From: an uncultured delta proteobacterium
GTDB lineage: Bacteria; Desulfobacterota; Binatia; UBA9968
Assembly (NCBI GenBank): GCA_963816145.1
Contig: CAWFJP010000012.1
Coordinates: 1-64,000, forward strand
DNA length: 64,000 nucleotides
Reading direction: 5' to 3'
Shown piece after piece: positions 49,424 to 59,201 of the stretch. Within the stretch, counting starts at the first letter, position 1, and each line of letters opens with the position of its first letter. Below the pieces are notes generated by a model, which was not told where the DNA came from, did no database searches, and worked only from the letters and a program-made list of their open reading frames with translations. The position numbers and the translations under genes are program-made.

Positions 49424-50891
49424 GTGAGAACGGAAAACATTCCCGTGGTGGTTGTTGGCGGCGGCAGTGCCGCCTTTGAAGCGGCGGTGGCGGCCAAGCA
49501 AGCCGGCGCGCCGAAAGTCGTGATGTTGGAGAAAGCGCCGGAGCCGGAGTTTGGCGGCAACGCGCGCTATTCGCACACCGGCTTTCGCTGGGTGTTTTCC
49601 GGCGCCGACGAGATCCGCCAATTTTTGCCGGATGTCGACGACGCGATGTTTGCGAAACTTAACTTGCCGGCCTATTCCGCGGAACTCTTTTACGGCGATT
49701 TGCAGCGGGTCACGCGCGGCCGCATCAGCAAGGAACTTTCTGAAGTGCTTGTGTCGCAGTCCAACTCGGCCATGCATTGGTTGCGCGACTTGGGCATCAA
49801 GTGGGAGATCGATAGCCACGTGGTGATCGACGGCCGCTATTATTTCGAGCCGGGATTGGTCATTCATCCCACCGGCGGCGTCGGCGGTGGCCTGGGACAG
49901 CTCATGCAATGGCGCGAGATCGCCACCAAGTTGGGCGTCGAGCTGCGCTACGAGTCGCGGGTGACGGCACTGCTCGGCAACGACCGGCGGATCAATGGTG
50001 TGCGTGTTTCCGATCCCAACGAGGAATATGAGATTCAAACTCATTCGTTGATCCTCTGCGCCGGCGGCTTTCAGGCGAGCGCCGAGATGCGGGCGCGCTA
50101 TCTCGGCCCTAACGCCGACTTGATGCGCGTGCGCGGCAGCAAGCATGACACCGGCGAAGTATTGATGATGGCCGTCGCCATGGGAGCAAAAACCGCGGGC
50201 CACTGGCAGGGCGCGCACGCGACACCGATCGATTCGACCTATCCCGAGGTCGAGATCGGCAGCAAAGCCAATCGCTACGGCTACCCCTACAGCATCACCG
50301 TGAATACTTTGGGCCAGCGTTTCTTCGACGAGGGCGAAGCGCGCCATTCATACACCTATGCTAAGACGGGCTGGGCCGTATTGGGGCAGCCGGGCGCTTT
50401 GGCTTATCAGATTTACGATCAGACGACGATTCCGCTGCTCGGCAACCGTTACGAATTTTCTACGCCCATCGAAGCCGACTCGATCGAAGAGCTGGCCGGC
50501 AAGATCGGCATCGACCCGACGATCCTCAATCACACGGTGCGCGAATTCAACGCTGCGGCACGCAAGGATATCGCTTTCGATCCGAAAATCCTCGACGGCA
50601 AATGCACCGAAGGCATCACGCCGAAAAAATCCAATTGGGCGAGTCCGATCGACAAGGCCGCCCTATTGGGCTTATTCGATCACCGGCGGCGTGACCTTCA
50701 CTTTCGGCGGCTTGCAGATCAACACACAAGCGCAGGTGTTGAACACATCGAACAATCCGATCCGCGGCCTGTTTGCCTCCGGTGATATCGTCGGGCTATT
50801 TTTCCACAATTATCCGTCGTGCACAGGGCAGACGCGCAATGTCGTGTTCTCGCGCCTGGCGGGACGAAACGCGGCGGCGCAGGGGCTGTAG
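49424..50891 (+). pseudogene. TcuA/FrdA-like FAD-dependent oxidoreductase, copy 1, with a 1-bp insertion near 50656
   Basis: VVVVGGGSAA, GGNARYS, CAGGFQAS. Alignment with copy 2 shows an extra G in gacaag-g-ccgccctat; the corrected frame continues to ...AGRNAAAQGL* at 50891. Confidence 0.85.
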
Positions 50892-50960
50892 GCGAGTCAC
50901 CGTGGTCGGCGAATTACAGATTGCCAATTCCAGATTGCAAAATTTATGGATCGTTGACTT

Positions 50961-50991
50961 GATGGGTATCGCTTCGCTCCACCCATCCTAC
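50961..50991 (-). repeat. GTAG-type REP palindrome
   Basis: Minus strand GTAG-GATGGGT-GGAGCGAAGCGAT-ACCCATC: GTAG tetranucleotide followed by a hairpin. Confidence 0.7.
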
Positions 50992-51040
50992 GCAGGTAAA
51001 TTCACATTAAACAGTTGGTCCGTCCGGATGGAGGAATATC

Positions 51041-52510
51041 GTGAGGACTGAAAACATTCCGGTGGTTGTTGTCGGCGGCGGCAGCGCCGCCTTTGAAGCG
51101 GCGGTGGCGGCCAAGCAAGCCGGCACGCCGAAAGTCGTGATGTTGGAGAAAGCGCCGGAGCCGGAGTTCGGCGGCAATGCGCGCTATTCCCACACCGGTT
51201 TTCGCTGGGTGTTTTCCGGTCCCGAGGAGATTCGCAAGTTCCTGCCGGAGATGAACGACGAAATGTTTGCCAAGCTGCATATTCCAGCCTACAGCGCGGA
51301 GCAGTTTCACTCCGACCTGCAGCGGGTGACGCGGGGACGGATCAGCAAAGAACTTGCCGAGATCTTGGTGACGCAATCCACCGCGGCGATTCATTGGATG
51401 CGCGAAGTCGGCATCAAATGGGACATCGACAGTTATGTGATCATCGACGGGAAATATTACTTCGAACCGGGGATGGTGATCCATCCGCGCGGCGGCGTTA
51501 ACGGCGGTCTGGATCAGCTCATGCAGTGGCGCGATATCGCCACCAAGATGGGCATCGAACTGCGCTACGAGTCACGGGTCGCGGCGCTGCTCGGCAACGA
51601 CCGGCGCATCGACGGCGTCCGCGTCTCCGATCCCAACGAAGAGTATGAAATTCGCGCCAACTCGGTTATTCTCTGCGCCGGCGGATTTCAAGCGAGCGCC
51701 GAGAAGCGCGCCCGTTATCTCGGCCCCAACGCCGACCTGATGAAGGTGCGCGGCAGCAAGCACGACACCGGCGAAGTTCTCATGATGGCCATCGATATGG
51801 GGGCCAAAACCGCAGGCCATTGGCAAGGCGCCCACGCAACGCCCATCGACGCGACCTTTCCCGATGTCGAAATCAGCAACAAGGCCAATCGCTACGGCTA
51901 TACTTATGGCATCACCGTCAATTCTCTCGGACAACGCTTTTTCGACGAGGGCGAAGCGCGCCATTCTTACACCTACGCCAAGACCGGCTGGGCGGTGCTG
52001 GGGCAACCGGGTGCTATCGCCTATCAAATCTACGATCAGAAGGCGTTGGGGCTGTTGAACAAACGGTATTACGAATTTTCCCATCCCATCGAAGCGGACA
52101 CGGTTGAAGAGTTGGCGCGGAAGATCAGCATCGAGCCGATGATCCTCAAACGGACCATCGACGAATTCAACGGCGCGATCCGCAAAGACATTCCGTTCGA
52201 TGCGACCAAACTCGACGGCCGCTGCACCGAAGGCATCACGCCGAAGAAATCCCACTGGGCCGATACCCTCGACCGGCCGCCCTACTTCGCCTACGCGGTT
52301 ACCGGCGGTGTCACGTTTACCTTCGGTGGCCTGCAGATCAATACACAAGCGCAGGTGTTGAACACATCGAATAATCCGATCCGCGGCCTATTCGCCTCCG
52401 GCGATATCGTCGGTTTGTTCTTCCATAACTATCCATCCTGTACCGGTCAGACGCGCAACGTGGTGTTCTCCCGGTTGGCCGGTAGAAACGCCGCGGCGCA
52501 AGGACTGTGA
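51041..52510 (+). CDS. TcuA/FrdA-like FAD-dependent oxidoreductase (tricarballylate dehydrogenase family), copy 2
   Basis: FAD-binding GGGSAA, GGNARYS, VRGSKHDTGE, GQRFFDEG, GVTFTFGGL, GLFFHNYP; SD ggagg, GTG start. Confidence 0.9.
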   Translation: MRTENIPVVVVGGGSAAFEAAVAAKQAGTPKVVMLEKAPEPEFGGNARYSHTGFRWVFSGPEEIRKFLPEMNDEMFAKLHIPAYSAEQFHSDLQRVTRGRISKELAEILVTQSTAAIHWMREVGIKWDIDSYVIIDGKYYFEPGMVIHPRGGVNGGLDQLMQWRDIATKMGIELRYESRVAALLGNDRRIDGVRVSDPNEEYEIRANSVILCAGGFQASAEKRARYLGPNADLMKVRGSKHDTGEVLMMAIDMGAKTAGHWQGAHATPIDATFPDVEISNKANRYGYTYGITVNSLGQRFFDEGEARHSYTYAKTGWAVLGQPGAIAYQIYDQKALGLLNKRYYEFSHPIEADTVEELARKISIEPMILKRTIDEFNGAIRKDIPFDATKLDGRCTEGITPKKSHWADTLDRPPYFAYAVTGGVTFTFGGLQINTQAQVLNTSNNPIRGLFASGDIVGLFFHNYPSCTGQTRNVVFSRLAGRNAAAQGL

Positions 52511-52567
52511 AATAAGGCCGCGGACGACGCATTGCAGGTTGCAAATTACACATTCCAGATTGCACTG

Positions 52568-53641
52568 ATGAAGCGTGTTTCGGCTGTACCGGTTCGGCGC
52601 ATGAGTTATATTTTCGCGGTGGCAACTTTGGGGCTAGCGTTGCTCGTCCGAGTGCCGCTTGCGTTGGCGCAGACCGAGAAGAATTGGTTCGATGGCAAGG
52701 TGATCCAATTGTTGGTGGCAAGCGGCGCCGGCGCGACTACCGACATCGGCGCTCGTCTGGTGGGCCGCTTCCTCGGTAAATATATACCAGGGAATCCCGG
52801 GGTCCTTGTGCGTAATATGCCGGGCGCCGGCGGGCTAGTGGCAGCGAATTATCTTTACAGTGTCGCCAAGCCGGACGGGTTGACCCTCGCGGCGATCAGC
52901 CGGGCCAACTACATGGAGCAGATCGTCGGCCGTCCCGAGGCCAAAGCAGACTTCCGCAAATTCAATTGGATCGGCAGCTTCAATAAATCGCCGATGATGG
53001 CGGCTTGCCGTTCGGACACTGAATACAAAAGCATCGCCGCCATCCGCGCTGCGAAAACTCCGCCCCGCTTCGGCCAATCGGGCACCGGCAGTATCAGCTA
53101 CATCTTCGCCAACTTGATGGAACGGATGCTCGATATCAGGTTGAAAAACGTCACCGGATTTCAGGGTGGCCGCGACACCGATCTCGGGTTGGAGCGCGGC
53201 GAGATCGATTGCCGTGCGACTTCGGACGTCACGGTGATTCGCGCGCCATGGAATCGTTGGGTCAAAGATAACTATGTCACCTTTATCGTCCAACAAGGTC
53301 CTGAGAAGAGCGCGCTCTTACCGCCAGCGCCTACGGTGGCGGAACTCGCGCGCCCTGAGGCGAAGTCCTATCTAAATTTAATGAATGTTATGCTCGCCTA
53401 CACCGAGTTCGACCGCCCCTTTGCTGCACCACCGGGAGTGTCCAAGGAGCGCGTGCAGATTCTGCGCGAGAGCTTCGAGCGGATGTTGAAGGACGGCGAA
53501 TTCACCGCCGAGGCCAAAAAGCTGCTCGACTGGGACGGCACGACCTTTCTCAGCGGCGACCAGCTGCAAAAAAGAATGATCGACACGGTCACCCAACCCG
53601 CAGACGTTGTCAAGCGGGTGAAAGAGATCATGGCGGAGTAA
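52568..53641 (+). CDS. Tripartite tricarboxylate transporter (TctC/Bug) substrate-binding protein
   Basis: GAGATTDIGARL, IPGNPG..VRNMPGAGG..AANYLY..AKPDGLT, RPFAAPPGV. Start uncertain (52568 or 52601). Confidence 0.88.
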   Translation: MKRVSAVPVRRMSYIFAVATLGLALLVRVPLALAQTEKNWFDGKVIQLLVASGAGATTDIGARLVGRFLGKYIPGNPGVLVRNMPGAGGLVAANYLYSVAKPDGLTLAAISRANYMEQIVGRPEAKADFRKFNWIGSFNKSPMMAACRSDTEYKSIAAIRAAKTPPRFGQSGTGSISYIFANLMERMLDIRLKNVTGFQGGRDTDLGLERGEIDCRATSDVTVIRAPWNRWVKDNYVTFIVQQGPEKSALLPPAPTVAELARPEAKSYLNLMNVMLAYTEFDRPFAAPPGVSKERVQILRESFERMLKDGEFTAEAKKLLDWDGTTFLSGDQLQKRMIDTVTQPADVVKRVKEIMAE

Positions 53642-53681
53642 TTAAGTCGAGTTCCGCGGTCGATCGTGCCTGAGTCAAATT

Positions 53682-55043
53682 TTACAGCTCAATCACGCCA
53701 ATCCCTGAACGATTCACAACCTTCGTCCCATAACGTTTCGATAGCCGTATGACTCGTTCAATCACCCGATCGGCTACATCGCCTTCGGCGAGCACGGGCC
53801 TGCCGCGTTGCGGCCGCGGTCTGCCGAAACCTTGATCGATGGGATGGATGCGGATTTCTTTGAGCTTGTTATTGCTGAACTCGCAGACGGCGAACATGTT
53901 TTCCCAGTAGGCGGGATCGCTGGGGTGGCCTTTTTTCCCGCCGTTAGTGCGCGCGTCGAGGAAATCGGAAGGAGTGGCTTTAAGGTCGAGATCGAAACGC
54001 TCGTAGGCGTCGGCGGGAAAGAAGCCGACGGTTTCGTTTTGAAAGACGAAATTACCGACGCTGTAAAATATCGGTTTGCCTTTGTAGATTTCCACGCCCA
54101 TCGGAAAGTGCGAGCCATGGCCGACGAAAATGTCGGCGCCTTCGTCGATGGCCTGGTGCGCGAACTTGGTGACGAAGTCGGCGGTCTCTTCCAATTCCGC
54201 GCGGGTGGCGGCGGTGAGTAGACTGGCGCCGCCGAATTCATGACAATGGGCGCTGACAACGAGCCAGTCGGCTTGGCGGCGCGCTTCGCGTATCCAGCGC
54301 AGGTTGTCTTGCAGGTCGCGCTGGTTGGCTTCGGTGGCGATGGCGAAACCTTCGCCGGGAACGTAGCGATTGCCGAGCAGGGTCAATTCGGCGGCTTTCC
54401 CGTCGCCAATTTCTTTGTCGCTGTAGAAATGTTTGCGGGCGCGCTCATTGCTCTTTTCAAAGCCGAGACCCTGGCTGATCCGTTTCAGTTGTTCAAAAGC
54501 GGCGGCGTCGACGCTGTACGTGGTGTTGAATCCCAAAGGATTGATGCCAGGTCGGCCGCGCAGGTCGGGACGCTGCTCTCCGGCTTGGTTCCAGGGTCTG
54601 AAAGTGGCGGTGGCGGCGACCAGCGCGACGCGGCCGTTGGGTGTGTCGAGATAACCGGGGGCGCGCGCTTCGGCGAGATTCTTCCCTGTGCCGGCGTGCG
54701 CCATGCCCGCAGAGTCGAGATGTTTGAGATTGGCGAGCACGCCGTCCTCTCCGTAGTCGAAGGCGTGGTTGTTAGCGCAGGAGACCAGATTGATGCCGAG
54801 CCATTGCAAGTCTTCGAGCAGTTTCGGATCGGTGGTCATGAAGGTTCCCTGGGTGATGCCCGGCGTGCCTTCGTCCCAGTTATGGACCGTGCCTTCGAGA
54901 TTGGCGAAGCCTGCATCGGCGTGGTGCAGAATCTCTCGCAGTTTCAGAAATCCCGCTTCTTTGAACGGCGTCAATTTGCGTGTGAGCATGGTATCGCCGG
55001 CCAGCGCGATGGTGAAGTTACCCTTCTCGGACTCATAAGTCAT
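53682..55043 (-). CDS. CapA/PGA_cap metallophosphoesterase family protein
   Basis: LAGD.M, NLE, ANNHAFDYG, H.HE, GHGSH, YS.GNF motifs. Confidence 0.9.
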   Translation of the reverse strand: MTYESEKGNFTIALAGDTMLTRKLTPFKEAGFLKLREILHHADAGFANLEGTVHNWDEGTPGITQGTFMTTDPKLLEDLQWLGINLVSCANNHAFDYGEDGVLANLKHLDSAGMAHAGTGKNLAEARAPGYLDTPNGRVALVAATATFRPWNQAGEQRPDLRGRPGINPLGFNTTYSVDAAAFEQLKRISQGLGFEKSNERARKHFYSDKEIGDGKAAELTLLGNRYVPGEGFAIATEANQRDLQDNLRWIREARRQADWLVVSAHCHEFGGASLLTAATRAELEETADFVTKFAHQAIDEGADIFVGHGSHFPMGVEIYKGKPIFYSVGNFVFQNETVGFFPADAYERFDLDLKATPSDFLDARTNGGKKGHPSDPAYWENMFAVCEFSNNKLKEIRIHPIDQGFGRPRPQRGRPVLAEGDVADRVIERVIRLSKRYGTKVVNRSGIGVIEL

Positions 55044-55114
55044 GTTGGTTTCCTTGGTCGATATGCCTGTTTGATATTAATCGGACTTCCTAGCCAAAAT
55101 TCACCGCGAAAATC

Positions 55115-56125
55115 TTACTTAAGCCCCATTACCTTTCGGTAGGTTTGAAAATACTCGTTGTAGCGCGGCGCCAAGGACATGGGCAGCGGGAGGATTTTGG
55201 TTTTTGGCGGCGCTTCTTTGAGAATCGGCGAAGCGACATCGATGCGCGGCGCGTAGTAGCCGGCGGCGGCGGTCAATTCCTGGCCTTCGCGTGACAGGAG
55301 AAAATCATTGAACAGCCGGGCGGCGTAGGGATGGGGCGCGTCCTTGACGACCGCCGTGCCGAAGGTTAAACCGATCACCGGTTCAGGCGCGATCCACTCG
55401 ATCGGCGCGCCCTCCTTTTTCAAACGGTCGACGCCGTTGGCAAAAGCCACGACCACGGCGGCACGTTCACCGGCGGCGAGCAGCGTCTGTATCGACGAAT
55501 GGCCGGTGCGGAACTGAATGTCCTGCGCGGCGAGCATTTTCAGCAGCTCCAAGGTTTTCGCCTCGCCATAGTACTGCATCATGCCCGCCATCCACTTGCT
55601 CTCGTTGTCGTCCATGAGCAACTGGCTTTTCCACTTCGCGCCAGTCAGATCCCAGAAGCTTTTCGGCGCATCGGCGGCGGCGACCATCTTTTTGTTATAG
55701 GCGATCACATTGAGCGTCGCCGATGCCATCACCCACAGTCCTTTCTCGTCGCGGTAATCTCCCGGAAACGCGGCGCGCTCGGGGGAAACATAGCTGTCGA
55801 AGAGCCCCTTCTGTAAGACGCCGTAGAAATCGAATGCCGACTGATGCACGACGTCGGCGCGGACCTTGCGTGACTGGGCCTCGGCGATCAGCCGGGTCGC
55901 CATGCGCTCTGAGCCGATGCGCGTGGCCTCGACCTTAATGTAGGGATGCCTGCGTTCGAAGGCCGCGGTGAGTCGCTGGGCCGACGGCACCTCCATCGAA
56001 GCGTAGAAGACTACCTGGCCTTCCTTCTTCGCTCCATCGATCAATCCCTGCGCCGACGCCACCGAGTTCACGATCAGCATCCAGGTGAGGCAGAACCACA
56101 ATCTTGCCAAACATCCCTGCGCCAT
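55115..56125 (-). CDS. ABC transporter substrate-binding protein (Fe3+/thiamine/polyamine type)
   Basis: GAKKEGQVVFYAS, VIAYNKK, APHPYAARLF.DFLLSREGQ. Confidence 0.88.
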   Translation of the reverse strand: MAQGCLARLWFCLTWMLIVNSVASAQGLIDGAKKEGQVVFYASMEVPSAQRLTAAFERRHPYIKVEATRIGSERMATRLIAEAQSRKVRADVVHQSAFDFYGVLQKGLFDSYVSPERAAFPGDYRDEKGLWVMASATLNVIAYNKKMVAAADAPKSFWDLTGAKWKSQLLMDDNESKWMAGMMQYYGEAKTLELLKMLAAQDIQFRTGHSSIQTLLAAGERAAVVVAFANGVDRLKKEGAPIEWIAPEPVIGLTFGTAVVKDAPHPYAARLFNDFLLSREGQELTAAAGYYAPRIDVASPILKEAPPKTKILPLPMSLAPRYNEYFQTYRKVMGLK

Positions 56126-56259
56126 TGAGAACCTCCCAATCGGTCCGCGATTCGGCTGTGATGATTAACACCGAACCTCGGCCAGCGTCAACGCGCAATG
56201 CATTAATTCAAAACCACAATAGGCGTTGCTTTAGGAAACAGCCAGAAGTCGACTTTACC

Positions 56260-56288
56260 TTGACAACCCTAGGTTTTTCCAATACAAA
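56260..56288 (+). promoter_or_regulatory. Possible sigma70 promoter of the nuo operon
   Basis: TTGACA (56260-56265), 17-bp spacer, TACAAA; the -10 is imperfect. Confidence 0.4.
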
Positions 56289-56350
56289 ATTCGCTAGATC
56301 GAAAGATCATAGCGCGCCCAATAATCCATACCTTTTCGATCCGGGGAGGT

Positions 56351-56734
56351 ATGGTTTTTTTTAATGGTTTTCACGACATGAACGATCCCTTTTTGCCATT
56401 GCTAGTGATTTTCGCGGTTGCGAGCGTGATCGTCCTCGCGCTGCTGGCGATGGCATCGTTCCTGGGTCCCAAGTCGATCAATGCGGCCAAGAGCGAGCCC
56501 TTCGAATCGGGTAATCCGCCCAAAGGTGACGCGCGCATTCGTTTCTCGGTGCGTTTCTACCTGGTCGCCATGTTGTTTCTGATCTTCGACCTGGAAGTCG
56601 TGTTTCTTTACCCGTGGGCGATTTATTTCCGCCAATTGGGCGTTTTCGGCCTGGTCCAGATGGGCATTTTCCTGGCGATTCTGACGATCGGCTACGCTTA
56701 CGTTTGGAAAAAAGGCGCCCTTGAATGGGATTGA
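56351..56734 (+). CDS. nuoA: NADH-quinone oxidoreductase subunit A
   Basis: K.EPFESG, FYLVAMLFLIFDLEVVFLYPWA, KKGALEW. Start at 56351 or 56378. Confidence 0.96.
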   Translation: MVFFNGFHDMNDPFLPLLVIFAVASVIVLALLAMASFLGPKSINAAKSEPFESGNPPKGDARIRFSVRFYLVAMLFLIFDLEVVFLYPWAIYFRQLGVFGLVQMGIFLAILTIGYAYVWKKGALEWD

Positions 56735-56740
56735 GTGTAC

Positions 56741-57304
56741 ATGGTTGAAGCGAGCCCCCAACTCCAACATATCCAGGATAAGCTTGGCGCCAGAGTGTTG
56801 AATGTCAGTGAACCCCAAGGGGATGATGTCATCGCTCTGGATCGCGCCGGTTTGCGCGAAAGTTTTCGCTTGCTCAAGCAAGACGGCGAACTCAGTTTTA
56901 ATTTCCTTTCCGACATTACCGCAGTCGATTATTGGCAAAAGCAGGAGCCGCGTTTTGAGGTCGTCTATCAACTGGTCTCTCTCAAACACCGCCGGCGCTT
57001 GCGTGTGCGCGTGGGGGTGCCGGAAGCTGATGCGGTGGTCGACTCACTGACGCCGCTCTGGCGCGGCGCCAACTTTCTCGAGCGGGAAGTCTGGGATCTT
57101 TACGGCATCCGTTTCAGCGATCATCCGGACTTGCGGCGTATCTTGCTCTATGACGAATTCACTGGCCACCCGCTGCGCAAGGACTATCCGGTCAATCTGT
57201 GCCAGCCGCGGGTGCCGGAACGGCATGTCGACGGCACGTTCGTCGACGAGCGGTCGCATAACAAACTGCTGCGTTTACAGAAAAGTTTGGCAAAGAAGAA
57301 CTAG
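56741..57304 (+). CDS. nuoC: NADH-quinone oxidoreductase subunit C
   Basis: DITAVDY, RFEVVYQL, EREVWDLYGI.F..HPDLRRIL, GHPLRKDYP. Confidence 0.95.
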   Translation: MVEASPQLQHIQDKLGARVLNVSEPQGDDVIALDRAGLRESFRLLKQDGELSFNFLSDITAVDYWQKQEPRFEVVYQLVSLKHRRRLRVRVGVPEADAVVDSLTPLWRGANFLEREVWDLYGIRFSDHPDLRRILLYDEFTGHPLRKDYPVNLCQPRVPERHVDGTFVDERSHNKLLRLQKSLAKKN

Positions 57305-57325
57305 CCGCCGCGCCCGAACAACTCG

Positions 57326-58516
57326 ATGAAAGCCGATAATCCAGAGCTGCCGCATGAAATCATGGAGTTGCAGATGGGACCGTCCCATCCGGCGACTCAT
57401 GGCACCATCAAGTTCAATCTCAAGCTCGAAGGCGAAAAGGTGCTCGACTGCGACGTCGAGTTGGGCTTTCTCCATCGCGGATTCGATAAAAGCTGCGAAC
57501 AGTCGACCTGGACCCAAGTCATTCCCTACACCGACCGGCTTAATTATGCTTCCTCGTTGATCAATAACGTCGGCTACGCGCTCGCCGTGGAGAAACTGAT
57601 CGGCGCGCCTACGCCGCCGCGCTGCCAGTATATCCGGGTGATCGTCAGCGAGCTGGCGCGCATCTTTGATCATCTAACCTGCTGCGGCATGGCTGCTTCG
57701 GAGCTGGGCGCGATCACGGTGGGATTTTACATGATCGAAGCGCGCGAGCTGATAACCCGGATCGTCGAGAATCTCACGGGCGCGCGCCTGACCGTAACCT
57801 ACGTGCGCATCGGCGGCGTCAAGCATGACTTGCCGCAGGATTTCGCCGAGCGCGTGACCTCGACTTTCACGACCATTCGTAAATTGCTCGACGATTGCGA
57901 TAGCTTGTTGTCGCGCAACCGGATTTTCCTCGACCGCATGTCCAACATTGGCGTGATTTCCCAGGAGTCGGCGCTCGATCACAGCCTCACCGGGCCGATC
58001 CTGCGCGCCACCGGAGTCAACTACGACGTGCGCAAGGCATTCCCCTATTTGGTTTACGATCAGATGGAGTTTGAAGTGCCGGTGGGCAGTCACGGTGATA
58101 ACTATGACCGCTTCCTGTGCCGGCTTGGTGAGATCCAGCAGAGTATGAAGATCGTCGAACAGGCGCTGCGCCAGTTGCCGATCGGTCCGGTATGGATCGA
58201 TGATCCAAGATTTGTCTTGCCGGAAAAGGAAAAAGTTTACGGCAGCATCGAAGGCTTGATGCACCATTTCAAGATCATCATGGAAGGCATTCATGTGCCG
58301 GCGGGCGAGACTTACAGCGCGGTGGAAGGCGGCAACGGCGAATTGGGTTTTTACGTTGTCAGCGATGGCGGCGGCAAACCTTACCGTTTGCGCGTGCGCC
58401 CGCCCTGTTTCATCGCCATGGGCGCGTTTGCCGAGATGATCAAAGGCTACATGGTCGCGGATATCGTGCCGACCTTCGGCATGATTAACATGATCGGCGG
58501 GGAGTGCGATCGCTGA
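57326..58516 (+). CDS. nuoD: NADH-quinone oxidoreductase subunit D
   Basis: MGPSHPATHG, GFLHRG, DRLNY, GELG, GECDR C-terminus. Confidence 0.96.
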   Translation: MKADNPELPHEIMELQMGPSHPATHGTIKFNLKLEGEKVLDCDVELGFLHRGFDKSCEQSTWTQVIPYTDRLNYASSLINNVGYALAVEKLIGAPTPPRCQYIRVIVSELARIFDHLTCCGMAASELGAITVGFYMIEARELITRIVENLTGARLTVTYVRIGGVKHDLPQDFAERVTSTFTTIRKLLDDCDSLLSRNRIFLDRMSNIGVISQESALDHSLTGPILRATGVNYDVRKAFPYLVYDQMEFEVPVGSHGDNYDRFLCRLGEIQQSMKIVEQALRQLPIGPVWIDDPRFVLPEKEKVYGSIEGLMHHFKIIMEGIHVPAGETYSAVEGGNGELGFYVVSDGGGKPYRLRVRPPCFIAMGAFAEMIKGYMVADIVPTFGMINMIGGECDR

Positions 58517-58601
58517 GAGTAATTGAGAACGGAAAATGGAGAATGGAAAATTAGGGATAACCTAATGTCGGGGGCGATCATCTAGCCTCGATTCGATAAT
58601 C

Positions 58602-59075
58602 ATGGCTCTAGAGTTTTCACCAGAGACGCTGAAGGAGTTCGAGGCGGCGGTGGCGCGCTATCCGAAGAAGGAAGCGGCGATGCTGCCGGTGCTTTATTTG
58701 GCTCAGCGTGAGTTCGGCCATCTCGGGCCGGAGGCGATCGAGTATGTTGCCAAGCTGATGGACCAGGCGCCGTCGCGCGTGCAGGGCGTGGTGAGTTTTT
58801 ACACCATGTACAACATGAAGCCGATCGGGCGCCACCATATTCAAGTTTGCCGCACTTTACCCTGCGCTTTGCGCGGCGCCGAAGAGGTGACGGAGTTTCT
58901 CAAGAAAAAGCTCGGCATCGATTGCGGCCAAACAACGCCGGACGGCCGGTTCACCCTTTCCGAAGTGGAATGTTTGGCCTCCTGCGGCACGGCGCCGATG
59001 ATGCAGGTCAACGACGAGTATTATGAAAATCTGACGGAGGAGAAGATCAACGCGCTCCTCGACGTATTGAAGTAA
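58602..59075 (+). CDS. nuoE: NADH-quinone oxidoreductase subunit E
   Basis: VVSFYTMY, VCRTLPC, ECLASCGTAPMM (N1a ligands). Confidence 0.96.
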   Translation: MALEFSPETLKEFEAAVARYPKKEAAMLPVLYLAQREFGHLGPEAIEYVAKLMDQAPSRVQGVVSFYTMYNMKPIGRHHIQVCRTLPCALRGAEEVTEFLKKKLGIDCGQTTPDGRFTLSEVECLASCGTAPMMQVNDEYYENLTEEKINALLDVLK

Positions 59076-59084
59076 TAAACAGTC

Positions 59085-59164
59085 CGTCATGCCCGCGAAA
59101 GCGGGCATCCAGGCGAGACGTTGCATAAAACGAAACCTGGATTCCCGCTTTCGCGGGAATGACG
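59085..59164. repeat. REP/dRS3-like double-palindrome element between nuoE and nuoF
   Basis: cgtcatgcccgcgaaagcgggcatccagg (59085-59113) and cctggattcccgctttcgcgggaatgacg (59136-59164): 27/29 inverted match, each arm itself an 8-bp hairpin. Confidence 0.85.
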
Positions 59165-59201
59165 ATAAGGCGAAAATCGACTTAGTTGACGGATTTTTAG
59201 A

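Noticed and set aside
50640-50670. Programmed ribosomal frameshift in TcuA copy 1 or the M24 gene
   Set aside because: No slippery heptamer or stimulatory structure at the sites, and the paralogue is uninterrupted; a simple indel is more parsimonious.
53682-55043. Poly-gamma-glutamate capsule synthesis
   Set aside because: Only a cytoplasmic-looking CapA-family phosphoesterase; no capB/capC in the window.
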